Counted from the stretch's first letter, positions 1 to 18,954 are shown. The stretch: DNA of 64,000 nucleotides from Lingula anatina (GCA_051362555.1 CM120640.1:63900788-63964787); one strand, 5' to 3'. Program-made: numbers and translations. The notes: generated from the sequence alone by a model not told the origin.

Positions 1-1571
1 GTCAAATCGTCCGATCCTCGGTCCCAACAAAATAGCACCGACCAGCGCTGCTGTGCCTCCTAGCAGATGGACCACCCCACTGCCTGCAAAATCCTGTAAT
101 ACGATATCATACAACAACTAAAATATTTTACATGGTTTAGACACAAAGACTTAGCCATTGATGACACACGTATATATAATTGTACTGCACTGCATATATT
201 TCCACACCTTGAAAAGTGAACTAGGAGCTCATTTACCTTGTAAGCGATACCATCTATGCCAACAGCCAGCCAACCACTTGAAGACCACGCCCAGTGTGTG
301 ACGATTGGATACACGACTCCTGAGAGGTGATGTTAAGTTTTATCGTTAAGTGATCGTCTGTTTTCAATGGTATATACGTATATTAATTCCTCATTAAAAA
401 GATAATTTATATAATTGTTATTAATAATGTAAATATAATCACAGATATTATGGTTTTTACTTTATATTTTAATGCATCATTCTGAATTTCATTAATCTTG
501 TAGCAAGATCGAAATCCCTTCTTACCAGTTATAACAAAGCTATACGCAAAATACGCAATGAATTCACACCGTTCCGCCATAGCGCCGGACACAATGGTGG
601 CAGCGGTGGCAGCAAACACAAAATGGAAAAACCAAAAATGAAAGTGCATGTCGCCGGGCATGTTCTCACTGAACCAATAGCGGGTCCCCAGGAAGAAATT
701 ATCCGGCTCTCCAAATGCAAGTGCGTACCCTACACCCCAGTAAGCAATCCCAGAGATAACTGAAAATTAATAAAACGGATCGAAATAAGATTTCTCTAGC
801 ATGACGCTAGGTCTTATTTGTTACTGGTCTTTATAAGACATAATCTACTGTTAAAACTACTGATTTGAAGTGTGAATTTGGTTTTCCATCTCCGTGGGAT
901 TAAAAAAATAATATTGATGCTTTTTTTGTTTTCATCATGATTTTTCTTTGACCCTATTATGGTTTATCAACTAATTGTATTTCAACACAGATATCCACCC
1001 TGCTACCCTACTTACAACAATCTAGCATATTCTTGATGAGAATATTGGTAGTGTTTTTGCTTCGAACGGAACCACATTCTAGAAAGGCGAAACCAGCTTG
1101 CATGACTGTAAAAAATACGTGATAACATAACAAGTTGGAATTTCATTCTCAGAAGCTGCGTTAACACAACCAAAGCCAATTTAAGCCGTTTTTTCTATTT
1201 TGGTAAAGTTTTAGGCTGTTAGAGTTAGCAGATGAATCAAGACAGTGATCTTAGATGTAAAATGTTGTGCGAGATACTGCATGTCAGATAACATTTCCAA
1301 TAATATGGATACTATTCAGCTGCTGATGACACTTAATAAGATAACATCTTCAGTTCGTTCTCATGTTGCTAATGACTTTAATATCACGTTGCACTAGTAG
1401 CTGTGCCTATTGCGGACCATACTCCATATAGGAGATCAGACAACACTTACAAAATATGACGATTGCCATGATCAGAACAAAGAAGACATCCGCATTATCT
1501 TTCAGTGACTTGAGTGACGTTTCAGCAGTTTCCACTCTTTTCAAAAGCAAAGTAACGTTTACATCTGCCAT
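1..1571 (-). CDS. amt: Ammonium transporter (Amt family), 5' part; gene continues beyond the left edge
   Basis: Exons 1451-1571, 1016-1105, 526-759, 237-319, 1-93 have GT-AG ends and consistent phase. Amt motifs present: [77 protein letters not shown]. Confidence 0.96.
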
Positions 1572-3872
1572 ACTTTCTGTGTAGATCTGGTTTTTACTTA
1601 GTAGTTGGGTCCGGCCAGTTCTTTGCTCTACTCGATTACTGCTGTAGGGGAGGCAACCTAAATAATATACCAAAATAAAGTAATAGATAAATAAAGGAAG
1701 TATGTCACCATTAAAGAAATATCGCTTTTGAGAATTGAAAGGGAAACATGATAATTTGACATTTACTTCTGAAAAATGAATTCCATTCTCCACGACAAAA
1801 CAGTGCATTTTGCAAAGCAGTTTTTCCATCTGTGTTGAATGAATGTAAACATTTTAAAGAAAGAAAAAATATAATCGCAAAGGACACACACCATTAAAAA
1901 AAGTGCAAATGTGTAGGGCTATGCGTGTGTATTTCACATTTGCAACTGTAGAATGACTTGTGTGTCCCCGACGATATTTTTCCCACATATTCTGCAGTGG
2001 CTGCCTGGGACCCTTTTTCGTAACGTGAATAATCTATGTTAACAAATAATAACTGGAACACAGCCTTCGTGACAAAGATCTATTATGTGACTGTTAGACT
2101 TTATAAAAGTATAATGCAACAAACATTTCCTTGGCCCTAAAGCGAGACTACATAATGATGATATGAGAAAGAGGGCGGGGTAAAAATTCCACTAGTGATG
2201 ACTTCTAGGTTCACATAAGTACGCTAATAGCAATGTTCAGAAGCCTTTAACATTATCTTATATACAAAGTATGGCGAAAGTAAGAAAGAAAGAACGTAGA
2301 ATTTGACAGCTGCAAAGTTCGGACAAGGCAGTGCATCTTTTTATAAGGGTAGTTATGGAATTTGACCGAATTGGATCCTTATTTAACTCCTAAACTGTTT
2401 CAGATGCCTTTACTTTAAAACTCAACATCAAAATGGAAACCTACAAAGACAAAAGGGGATAAAGGGAATGGGAGCGAGGGCGGGGATTGAAATATATTTG
2501 TGAGGAAACCCGGGGTGAAATGAGAGAGGGTGGCGGGGTTAAATTAAAATTTCCAGCTTTTTATATTAACGTAACAGCCATAAAATGCCCTCAAGTAAAT
2601 CGGAATAAACCAATCTGAATGTCGCACCGGTTGTTTATAGAGGCGCCCGAGTGTATTTCCTCAATAATATTTCATCAACCGAATGTAGTTAAAGAGGTCA
2701 ATATAAGCTATTAGTTGCAAATTTACATTGAAAGGCATTGAGGGGAATCTTTCATGCCAAAATAATACGATGTCTGAGTTGGATAAATATCATTTGGCCA
2801 TATATGCCATATTCAAAATATTGAAACATATGCTAACAAGTTGTAAAAATAACATCCAAAATCTAGATTATGCATAGATGCTTACAATGTATAATGGCAT
2901 ACTGGTACCTGTAGAATTACTTGCAAAATGCTCGTGGAGGCATATTTAAATGAAGTAATTAAGCGAAGGTGACATTGGACACCATAAAATTATTTTAATA
3001 GAATTTTTCGTGCTAATAATTCATACCCTTTGCATCTAGTATTTGTAATACTAGTTGACCTTCTACAAAAATAGTCATTTTAACGAAGCCACTTACTTGC
3101 ATCCGGATATGGAACAGATTAAGCCAAACTCTCGTATATCCTTCTTGCCGATGAGGTGACAGTCACGAAATAAAATCATAACAAAGGGTACGCGGTAGGC
3201 CTACGGTACGTAAAATTTCTGTATGTAAAGTGCATGTTGATTCCCCTTACATATCACGCATGTTGCATTCACTCCCCACGCGCCTTTTATTGGTCAAAAT
3301 TTTCTTCCGGGTGACTGCGTTTGCGGTTTAGTTTAGTTAAATTACCTGCAGTATACTTTATTTGTCAAGAAAACTGGATACATCAGATTGCCACGTGATT
3401 TCGAGCTGAGTTTAGTGATCATTGACAGTAACCGTGTCTATTTTTTTTCTATGTCTCATATGCGTTGTGTCTGGGTTTGCACCTGGGTCGCTTTCACGAG
3501 GTGAAGTTATAGTGTCGTTGTCTAACTTTACCCTCATCTGAAATGATGATATAGCAAAAAAAGTCTGTAAATAACAAGTAATCATTAGCTTTGGAAGGTA
3601 TTGCTAAGATTCACTAAATATCCCCGTAGAAGCTGAAACAGATTATTTAACAAACTGCAAAAAGTTCGGGGACGTACAGAGTGCGTGCTTCAAAGAATGC
3701 AAGGGAAGGAGTGGGAGAGCAACAAAGTGGAGGTTCATTTAGTCCGTTAATAGTAAACTACTAGCACCACTTATGCTTTTTCTCAAAATTATTTTCATGC
3801 AGACATATACAAGGAAGGCGCCCGCAGACCTCTTATATACTCCTCATCTGAAACACAACCTTTCTTATCCAA

Positions 3873-4113
3873 GGCCCCATTCCCATAGACACCACCGATC
3901 TACGTGAATCGACCCAACTATGTGGGAACTCTCGCTGACTGCAACCTGGTTAACTGAATGATACGCCTCTTCCCGACGTTAATCTGGTGACTATACTAGT
4001 ACGTTGGAAACAAGAGGGTGGGTTTTATTCAGTTAAGCTGATTGCACTTAACGAGATTCCCCGCAGAGTTGGGTCGATACGCATAGACCAATGATGTCTA
4101 TGGGAATGGGGTC
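3873..4113. mobile_element. PIF/Harbinger-type MITE; terminal repeat shared with the MITE-A family
   Basis: Terminal inverted repeat GGCCCCATTCCCATAGAC ... GTCTATGGGAATGGGGTC; flanks CAA/TAA (3-bp TSD with one mismatch). Confidence 0.75.
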
Positions 4114-4291
4114 TAAATTAAGAAATTTAACATACATCTTAGGTTTAGGAAGTGACCCGATGGCTACCTCTTCTAACGGCGCGTCCGATACGCTACACGG
4201 CGATGCCACATCAATTAGGGAGTTCGGAGTGCTATTTTTAATACACGCATTTTTAATGTGCATGAACGAAACATCCAACATGTACTAGTTA

Positions 4292-4514
4292 AGCCCCCTT
4301 TACACTGGACGGCGTCCTTTCTGCGTCCAGCAGTACGGCCCCATTTGAGAGTTAAAAAATTATAATACTTTACGTGCCGACAACTGGCCGATCATTGAGC
4401 ATTCATTCTGATACAAAATCAATGCTCGTGCCTCCTTATTAAGACCACAGTGATGCCAAATATCATGGTCGCAGAAAGGACGCAGAAAGGACGCCGTCCA
4501 GTGTAAAGGGGGTA
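4292..4514. mobile_element. PIF/Harbinger-type MITE
   Basis: About 35-bp inverted termini CCCCCTTTACACTGGACGGCGTCCTTTCTGCGTCC / GGACGCAGAAAGGACGCCGTCCAGTGTAAAGGGGG; TTA on both flanks. Confidence 0.8.
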
Positions 4515-4517
4515 TTA

Positions 4518-5022
4518 CAACACGAGTTGTCCACTGTATGCGGCATACAAGAGCGTAATTATATATCGAGGCGCAGCCGAGATAATAATTTGCTCTTGTA
4601 TGTCGCATACATTGGGCGACGAGTAGTTGTAACAGACTTACACCACGGCTAGCGCGTAGAACAAAAGACTCGGCCGTGCTGTATTCGACATACAAGCACG
4701 TCATGTACGAGTGCGTTCCACGGTCTGTAGCACTACTAGTGTAGTAGCCAATCATAGGCCGTGGTTTAAGCCAGATACAACACTCGTCGCCGAGCTGTAC
4801 GTGAAAATTACTCGTGTATTGTCTCGCCTGCGGCTCGCCAATACACTCGTAATATTTCACGTACAGCTCGGCGACTCGTATTGTATCTATCACTTACACC
4901 ACGGATGGCGCTTCGAACAATAGGATGAACACACCGAAGCGTACGTACGACAATACAGGCAAGCCTGTATGCGGAATACAAATGCAATTATCCTATTGTT
5001 CGAAGCGTCAGCCGTGATATAA
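4518..5022. repeat. CpG-rich array of stacked hairpins; probably a non-autonomous element
   Basis: Inverted repeats at about 4557-4590, 4773-4888 and 4900-5016; recurring ACTCG and CGCAGCCGAG-type motifs. Confidence 0.6.
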
Positions 5023-5889
5023 TCATTTTTTGTCACTTTTCACACAAATGTCATGTCCCGATAAGGTCGGGTTACTTGATGAGTCACAGGTTTTTCTGAG
5101 TACATTTCAGGGTAGCTAACACAAATGTAAGACCTATTCTTATTGTTCGCAAATACCGGTAACCTCTCAACACGAATTTTTGTGAAGGTGCATGGTAAAT
5201 AAAATCTACAATTAATACTGATGGCTTCTACTCAAATCGCATATTCCAAACGCGTGTTACCGAGTAAAATTTTATTTCTAAAAAAATTGAAATAGAATAG
5301 CCGCAACAGTCGTTGATTGCAGACATTCTGGCGAGTTTTTAAAGGACGTATTGAACTTCAAATCTTGTTTTCTAAAATATACTCTACAACTTAATCATTT
5401 ATTGTCACCTGAGACTATAACTGGGGCATTTTGTTACATTTTGCAATGTTGGGACCATTATCACGTGCATAAAGATCAATATACATGTAGTCCTAACACA
5501 CACAACCCCGACATTGAAATATCTTTCAAAAAAACCGTTCAATGTAGAATAAGGAAAGACTACCTTAAATTCTGTCAACGTGCCATGTTCGTTAACCAAC
5601 AAATCTGACACACAATTTGTAGAATAATTTCATTTTTAATCATATATTATTTGAATAACGAAATAATTGTTCCATACGCTTTATGGCTTAAGATATGACC
5701 ATGATGCCACTCGTGATATGGCTGCGATTTATTTTACAAATACAATTTAGGTCGCACACTGATTCGAACGCTGATGTATGAACCTTGGAATTCACTAACA
5801 GATGAGTGTCTTTTGCAGTAAATGCTACGTCAAGAGAAAGTGTGATCTTTTTTATCGGTAATTGAAAGAAATATCTCAGTACTATGATC

Positions 5890-6241
5890 ATGAGTGACAA
5901 CTGGTGTCTCTCCCCGTCTCGGTTCGGGCTTGGGTTGTGAGCACAGATGTAGATAGCCTCTTTAACACCCCTCTCACACCATGATGGATCTTTGTTCAAG
6001 ATTGTTACTCCCTTCCATGGGATTTGGTGAACCGAAACGGGGGGAGACACAAATTGTCACACACTTGGGACAGCACTATTACTGAGACACTTGTGAATAG
6101 TGCTAAGTCTCACACACTGAAGAAGGTCACGGAAGAAGATCAAAAGCTTTGTGAGGTACAGCACAAGTTAGTGTAAAAACTGAAAAGTAGAAGCTTATTA
6201 CATAAACAAAAGACTACGCTAATAAATTCCAATCAAAATAT
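5890..6241. mobile_element. Penelope-like element 3' remnant with an internal inversion and a degenerate hammerhead ribozyme
   Basis: Minus strand encodes VTILNKDPSWCERGVKEAIYI...NRDGERHQLS (GIY-YIG C-terminus). Plus strand from about 6030 encodes NRNGGRHKLSHTWD, followed by CTGAAGA-stem-AAAAGCTT. Confidence 0.75.
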
Positions 6242-8862
6242 CTTGGTCAAGTATCTTCACATACGACTGACCATAGTTTCTGCATAAATACGTTCTTTAA
6301 AAAGCGTGGAAGTCAGAATTCTGAGTAAAAATAAACAATATTGCGATCAATTCCTATACAATTCTTAAAGACTATGAAGTAGAAATTCTTACAGAACACC
6401 CCAAAATTTGAGATCAAGCATTAAAGCTCATTCTAGGTCATTCTGTCATTTGATAAATGTAAATTTAATTCGGACCAAAGAAAAATCGAAAAAGTGAAGA
6501 TGAAAGTAAGCAGTAAGGGAAACGCATCAAAAATGCCACCAAATTCAAATAATATGCAACCAAGACGTTATGAAACATCCCCCATCAGTCACCCTCACGC
6601 TGACAAAATAACGTGTATCTTAATTCTGTTCTCGGACAGCAAATGGGACGCGAAAGGTATATCGAGATAGAGTTCGGGAATGGGTCAGAGGCCGTCACAT
6701 CTATTGCAATACATCCATATACCATAAGCCGCACACAGTGACTGAAAAATCACATTCGAGGGGATGATTTCATTTACATTAAGCACAATGTGATATCCCA
6801 GAGATACATAAAGCTCCTTTTCAAGTGAAGAAAATTAAAATCAGTTTATGCATGTTTATTTTTACCTTCAAATACTGTGGCATTATTTTTTTCTAATTGA
6901 ACAATAATAATAGCTTCTGTGTAAGTCCAAAATAAAACTATTGTTATACATTAACAGGCACATCCAACGAGTGCAAACAGATATAAATGCTTTTGAAGCA
7001 CCTTACAAATACAGCTGGACAGTATTACAAAATGATACATGCAAACAATAATGAATTACAGGAACTTGAATTTTCCAAACATATTATTCTAAAATAACCT
7101 AAAATGACGACCTCAATACGTTGTTGTTGCTGGAATAGATTCTTCAGCAACATATAAAAGCACTTGATTTTTAAAATGCTTCAAAGTACTGAGAATTTTC
7201 ATTCAAAAAATATACATTTTGTCTTACAGTAAACTACCAAATGTGAGTCATGAAATGTGAAATATATAGTAACCATTTTATTCATTTTTCAAAGTTGGTC
7301 TTGAAAGATTGTTGCTAGATGTTTTGAAATACCTAAACAGGTAGGTTTGCACAAAGTCTAATAAAATATAGCTTGCTGTGATTTTCTCATCAATGCATAA
7401 TAAAAAAAAAATAGAAAAAAAAGAAGTGCACCTAGATCTAGGAGATCAAATTACCCCACCATATATTGTGCCCCTCACCACTTAGAAGTACTTAAATTCT
7501 AATTATCACATCCAAATAATAACTAATCATAATATATTCCACACAGAAAAAAGTAACAAAAATTGCACTTAATTTAAAACTCAAACCAGTGACTGTTCCC
7601 ACAAAATATGTATCAAGGAACAGTGTATGGTGTGCTAAGCATTGTCATTAAGGGATAAATCAAAAGGAATAAATAAAAATTCAGCCAATGTATGTTCATC
7701 AGGATGACATGAACTATACAATAATCTGCAAGCTATTTGGTACACTGGACCTAAGAGCTAAAAAAACTTATTATAGTTTAACTAAACAATGTGCTTATTT
7801 CACTCTACCTAATAATCCATTATTCACTGAAGCACCTTTATTTTGGACTAGAAAAATACTTTAGGTTTGCTGTCCAGTCTATAAATACTTATGATACAAT
7901 TTGAAATGCAAATACTTTTCAAGCAGCTGTACCCATATATACGTATACATATACAATCTCAGCAAGACCTTGCATGGGGAGAGTATCTCAGTGCCTATAA
8001 GCCAAGGTTGTGACACCTGTTCAAGGCAGTGGCATTACATAATGATATATATAGAACTTGATAATGCTATACTTAATGACCTAATGTCCTGAAACAGCAG
8101 AACATAAATCCCATTAAAAAGTTCCACATATTTGGTTTGTGCTATTTATTAAGCTTCTCAAGCTACATAGTTCTCCTCTGACACTCCTCCAAAAAGATTT
8201 TGTAAATCTACCATTTAATTTACCAGGAGAGTAAGGTTAAAGAGACTGCAGAAGCTGAATGCTATCCATTTTGTCCCAAAAATACTGTGGCCAATCATGT
8301 GTCAGTAGCAGCAAAGGTGCCTTAATGTTACTACAGTTTTCTCTGTGATTGGCAACACAGTCAAAAATATGAAGAACAACATAATAATGCTTGACAAAAC
8401 ATGACATGGCATCCAAATGACATAAAGCTGCTCTGCATTGAAAAATAGAGTTCATCGAAGAGGCTTAAAAACAGCTAATGGGTACTGTCTCTTGGTAAAC
8501 ATATGGCATTGCTGGCACTATCCCATTTAAGCATAGATCCACAACATAGTGTGAATCCAGTCTCTGACAAGAAGCATTGGCACACAATGAAGCACCCACT
8601 GATGTTTATTAACAGTATGTCTGTGCCTGCCTTAATTTTACTATTTAGGTGTCACAGATATTTTTTTTACCCACATACGTATTGTTCTGGCACATTACTT
8701 GGATCTTTTTGCATTGTAATTTGCCTAACAATACAATAAACCAGGGCAAACTGTCCAGTAGCAATCTTGAACTCCAATGCCCATTCCTCTGACTGTCTCA
8801 TTATACTGTGTCACCTAAGCCTAAGCTGTGTGGTTTCTGGTATTGGCACATTATGATGCAGC

Positions 8863-14470
<5,608 letters not shown>

Positions 14471-14909
14471 TTTCGTTGCCTTTAATTAATGAAAAAAGTA
14501 GGTGGGATCAACAACATATGCAGCTGAAGTTCTTCAACTGCATTGTGTCGTCGTGGACAGCTGAACTCTTCATCTGCATTTAGTTTATAATAAATATTAA
14601 CTTCAAAACAATTAAATAATTATGTTTACATGGCACAGAAAATATTAAAGATATATATTTTTCTCAATATAAAAATTTTAATCAAATTAAACTCCCTAAA
14701 GTGTCATCAGTTAAGAATATAATGTCGAAACTTTAAGTTGACTGAAGAATTTTAACTCCGTGTCCTAAATATTGGCAATATAGGTCAACAATGGACGACG
14801 TGCGGTTTGTGTTTTGTTGATTTTCATCATATTCTGTCGAAATTTGGGGACAAAATGAATTGGATATCGTAAATGCACACTGTTTCTATATTTATCAGCT
14901 CACGTAGAC
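14471..14909. promoter_or_regulatory. Probable bidirectional promoter between SLC30A7 and NADK2
   Basis: Start codons face away from each other about 440 bp apart; CpG is retained locally; short direct repeat CAGCTGAA..CTTCA.CTGCATT at 14521 and 14559; TGCACAC at 14874. Confidence 0.7.
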
Positions 14910-15671
14910 ATGCATGCTACATGCAGTGCAGCAACAGGGCGCGTATGTACGCGTTGGCAAGGTTTTCTGGCTCACACGCGTGCCCTTGCGACCCGACCAG
15001 TTACGACCTCGGATACCAATGTACCTGAGCCGGTGGATTTCAAGCCGAAGCGGGCACTCGTCCTCACTAAAATGACAAGATATGAATTTGATAAGAAAAA
15101 GTCTGGTACAAATACAGAAAAGGCTTTTAAGAAATACGTAAGAAAATTATTATGGATGTGGTGTATGTCTTTAGATTACAGTATTATTATACATGTGATT
15201 ATATGTAAGCATTGATAGTGTGATACATGTAGCCATATTTGAATTTGTGGTTATCACAATGTAATTATTATCATTGATACAAGTAATAACATCGTTTTGG
15301 GATACCCTTCGATTTATTCTGTTTTATACTGCCCCATTTCCTATATTAATTTATACCTACTCTTAATCATTGCACAAAAAACGCTGTATTTACACACGTT
15401 TTACATGGCTGCCCTTAAATTATGAAATACAGCACCCTTTTTTGTTGGGAATGACCATTTCCTTTGTTTACTTGCAACTGGACTCATTTTTTCCAGTGTA
15501 TTGCGCTGTATTTTGGTGTATTGCACAATTTAGGCACATAGGTTTTACATTTTTCAAAATTTTGATTCACCTTAACAAAATTCATGAGCATCTCTTGCCA
15601 TCATGAGTGTCTAAATATGATCTCAAATTTGATTTTTTTTACATCTTTTGAAGTTGAAGTGACCATTGTTG

Positions 15672-15717
<46 letters not shown>

Positions 15718-18700
15718 TGGCATTACTGTATAACATTTTTTATAAAGTGCAAGTTATGCCTTGTATATAAGTTTTCTTTATATAGATGAGCACTGAAAAG
15801 TCTGATTTATGCATTCTAAAGATACAATTTGTCTGTTTTTATAGCTGAAAGAAAAGGGTTCTGATTATGAAGGTGTTTTAGAGCGACATAATATTCACCA
15901 TGCAAAGTTAGACGATATACAGGAAACATTAAGGTAAGTGTTAAAGGAGTGAGTTTAAAGTACAAAACAGACAAAAAAGAATAACTTTGCTCTGTTTGCC
16001 TTCATTAGAACTAGCTTCTTTGATTCATTTACATATGTTATAATAAGTAATATGGTATATGAGTGTGGCTTCCACCAATTCTTAATTTTTCATTGCTAAG
16101 TACATATACATACAATTTGCAATAACATTTTGTGCTGTTGTGGAAAGAATTGAATTTTCATTTACAGGCAGAGGAACATAGAAACTAGACTCGTTGGAAG
16201 AATGGAATATTCAGAAGATGCCATTGATTGGGCAGATGTTGTTTTCTCAGCAGGTGGAGATGGTACATATCTTCTTGCTGCAAGTAAAGTGAAGTCTAGG
16301 GACAAGCCTACTATAGGATTGAATACAGATCCAATAAGGTATGTATTTACATCAAAATATATATAGTCTAAGATAAGTTGTTTCCTTTTGTTGAAAATAT
16401 AGCAATATGTAACAACCATGAAACTTTCATAGGAAATGATGTTAAGATTTTTTTGGGGGGTGGGGGAGGGGGTATCCAAACAGTACATAATATTTTATTA
16501 AATTTGTAAACAAAATGTGATTAAACAAAATTGATTTATTAAATAAGAATAATGCCAGTTGCACTATATATTTCAATAGTAAAGAAAATCATGATCTGTT
16601 TGACAGGTCACTATATTGTGCTATACTGTACTTTACCATTACTGTATGCATTCATTTCTAATCTAGATCTGAAGGTTATGTACTATACCATTATTGTATG
16701 CTTTCATTTCTAATTTAGATCTGAAGGTTATTTATGCTTGCCTACAAAGTACTCAGGTGAAAGCGGCTCACATATAATCCCAGCACTTGACAGGCTTTTA
16801 GCTGGAAGATTTACGTAAGTATGAGATTGAATAGGAGTGATATTGATTGCATGCATATATATATATATATATCCACAGAGAAATGCACATTAAAATTTAG
16901 CATTAGTAACTGGAAATTAGATGGTTTATGAATGCACTACAAAATAGTACAATATGCCAAACACTGACATCAGTTTGTATTTTACAGATGGGCCTTTAGA
17001 CAAAGAATAAGAGTCACTATGACAGGCAAATATGCCTGCGACCATCCAATAGAACTTCACCTCCAGGAGCTAGAACCTCCTCGCTCAGAGCTAGAGGACA
17101 GGTTTTCTGAACATGTGAAAGAACACGAGACATACCACAATTTGGCAGAGAATTCCAAAGAACTGCCACCTAGGTCACTGCCTGTGCTGGCTCTGAATGA
17201 GGTCTTTATGGGGGAATGTTTATCTGCAAGGTAAAGCTAGTGAGCACTGATGTAAATGGACTAGGCTTAAGACACCTGCTGTATCCACTGTTTTTTGTTC
17301 AGGGTGAAATCTAACATTATTTTATATCTCCGTTAACCTGAAATATTAGTAATTATTAGAATGAAAGCAGCAATTGCAATCCTTTTTACCATTTTGAAAA
17401 AAGGACTTATATATTACACCCTCTGCAGTTAGAGTATTAACATCATCATTGGCATAATTTTTACAGTTATTTTGATATTTTAATGATATTTTCCAGGGTC
17501 TCTTATTATGAAATATCTCAGGATGATTCTCATAGTTTAAAGCAAAAGAGTTCAGGGGTTACCGTGTGCACAGGCACTGGCTCAAGTTCCTGGGTGTTTA
17601 ACATAAACCATATTTCTACACAAACTGTCAAGGAAATCCTAAAGATTTGTAAGTTTTAATCTTAAAGTCAGTCAATACTCAACATCTTAACAGCTCTTAA
17701 GAAAATAAACAATGATTGTCTTATATTTAATAGCACTGCACAGTCCACAGAGTGGTTTATGGTTTATGGAAATAGTTTAGTAGTGATTCTATATTTGCAT
17801 TATTACAATTATATTTTACATCAAACTGATGCTTCAGATAAAGTAATGAGTAAGTGAAGATACTTTTTTTTTTGTGATACAGGTATTTAGGTGTTGTAGA
17901 ATGTTGGTTTCAGTAGAAATACTTGTGAAAATGTAAATATATGTGTTAATTAGTACTGTATTAATGTACTTACAGCTGGTTCACTTTCCAATATGAACAT
18001 ACCCTGTGAAGACCAGCTAGCCTCCCGAGTGGCAGCTCAATTCAACAACTCCTTAATATTTGACCCCAATGACCTTAGAATGGCCTATGTGATTAGAGAC
18101 CCCATTGTCAATGGTGGGTGCTTTTAAAGTCCATATAAGAAGAAAACCATTTTATGAACAGTCCCATAGATTCCCTATGGATTGTGTCATGTGGTCTTAT
18201 ATAGCAATTGAATTGAAGAGATTCTGTTTGTTACTCTTAAAACTATACTAAAGAAATCAAAATGGGTAGATGGGGATATTTGGCTTGGGATTGCGTTGGT
18301 TTGAATACTAGTATAAAAAATATCAATTTTATGTTTTGTCAGCATTTTTATTCCAGACTAAAGCAGCAGTTAGTGTTCATTTATTATATAATTTATTAAG
18401 AATATTTGTTATCATTTTATACACATATGATAAACATTCAAACTCTTTTAAGTTGTGTAACTTGCCCTACATTTTATGTTATCATGGAGTTTCATCTGAT
18501 TTTAGGAGTATTTCATGTTCCAGTGCCCCGAGGATTTGCTAAAAAGTAAGTCGTACCCTGTGTCTGCTTATTTTCTTTTTCTCTGTCCTTTGTCTGTTTG
18601 AGTTAACCCAAAATTGCTACCTCTAGTAACCAAATATGTACTGTGTAAACAGCAGTATAAATGTCAACTTTATATAAATGCAAAATTTATGTCTAATTGT

Positions 18701-18954
18701 TATTGAAGACTAACATGCATTATGGATTTTTATGAATATTGAAGTTATGATTAGGATAAATAATTTTGATTTTATGAAAATGTTATATTTTTAATTGCTG
18801 TAGGGTTACAGTTCGGTCTAGAATGTGGGATGGTTGCCTTGCAATTGATGGAGGTGTCACATTCAGCTTCAATGATGGTGCTATTGCTAGTATGGAAATG
18901 TTTGAAGAAGATGCCTTGAGAACTGTATCTTTGATGAAAGATACTCGGAACTAA
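14910..18954 (+). CDS. NADK2: NAD kinase 2, mitochondrial
   Basis: Exons 14910-15137, 15845-15933, 16168-16338, 16719-16814, 16988-17230, 17497-17648, 17976-18113, 18506-18544, 18804-18954. Motifs: FKPKRALVLTKMTRYEF, AGGDGT, GLNTDP, LALNEVF, QKSSG.TVCTGTGS.SW, VRSRMWDGCLAIDGG.TFSFNDGAIA. The N-terminus is Arg/Thr/Ala-rich, like a mitochondrial presequence. Confidence 0.95.
15673..15716. repeat. (CA)n microsatellite
   Basis: Direct inspection. Confidence 0.95.
16628..16732 (+). repeat. 52-bp tandem duplication of the NADK2 exon-4 splice acceptor
   Basis: Two copies of TACCATTA.TGTATGC.TTCATTTCTAAT.TAG|ATCTGAAGGTTAT, with the AGs ending at 16666 and 16718. Confidence 0.9.

Noticed and set aside
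1572-1829. N-terminal extension of Amt suggested by the ORF track
   Set aside because: The upstream part is AT-rich intron/UTR-like sequence with an acceptor near 1658; the ATG at 1571 gives a typical Amt start.
2170-2545. TATA-like motif (2339-2345, minus strand) and GC boxes as the Amt promoter
   Set aside because: Plausible, but no matching splice donor or TSS could be placed, so it is not called.
2960-3860. CpG-rich segment resembling a transposon interior
   Set aside because: No paired termini, TSD or coding remnant could be established.
4360-4893. 177-aa ORF on the minus strand
   Set aside because: Spans a MITE and the hairpin element; no recognisable domain; probably a by-product of locally higher GC.
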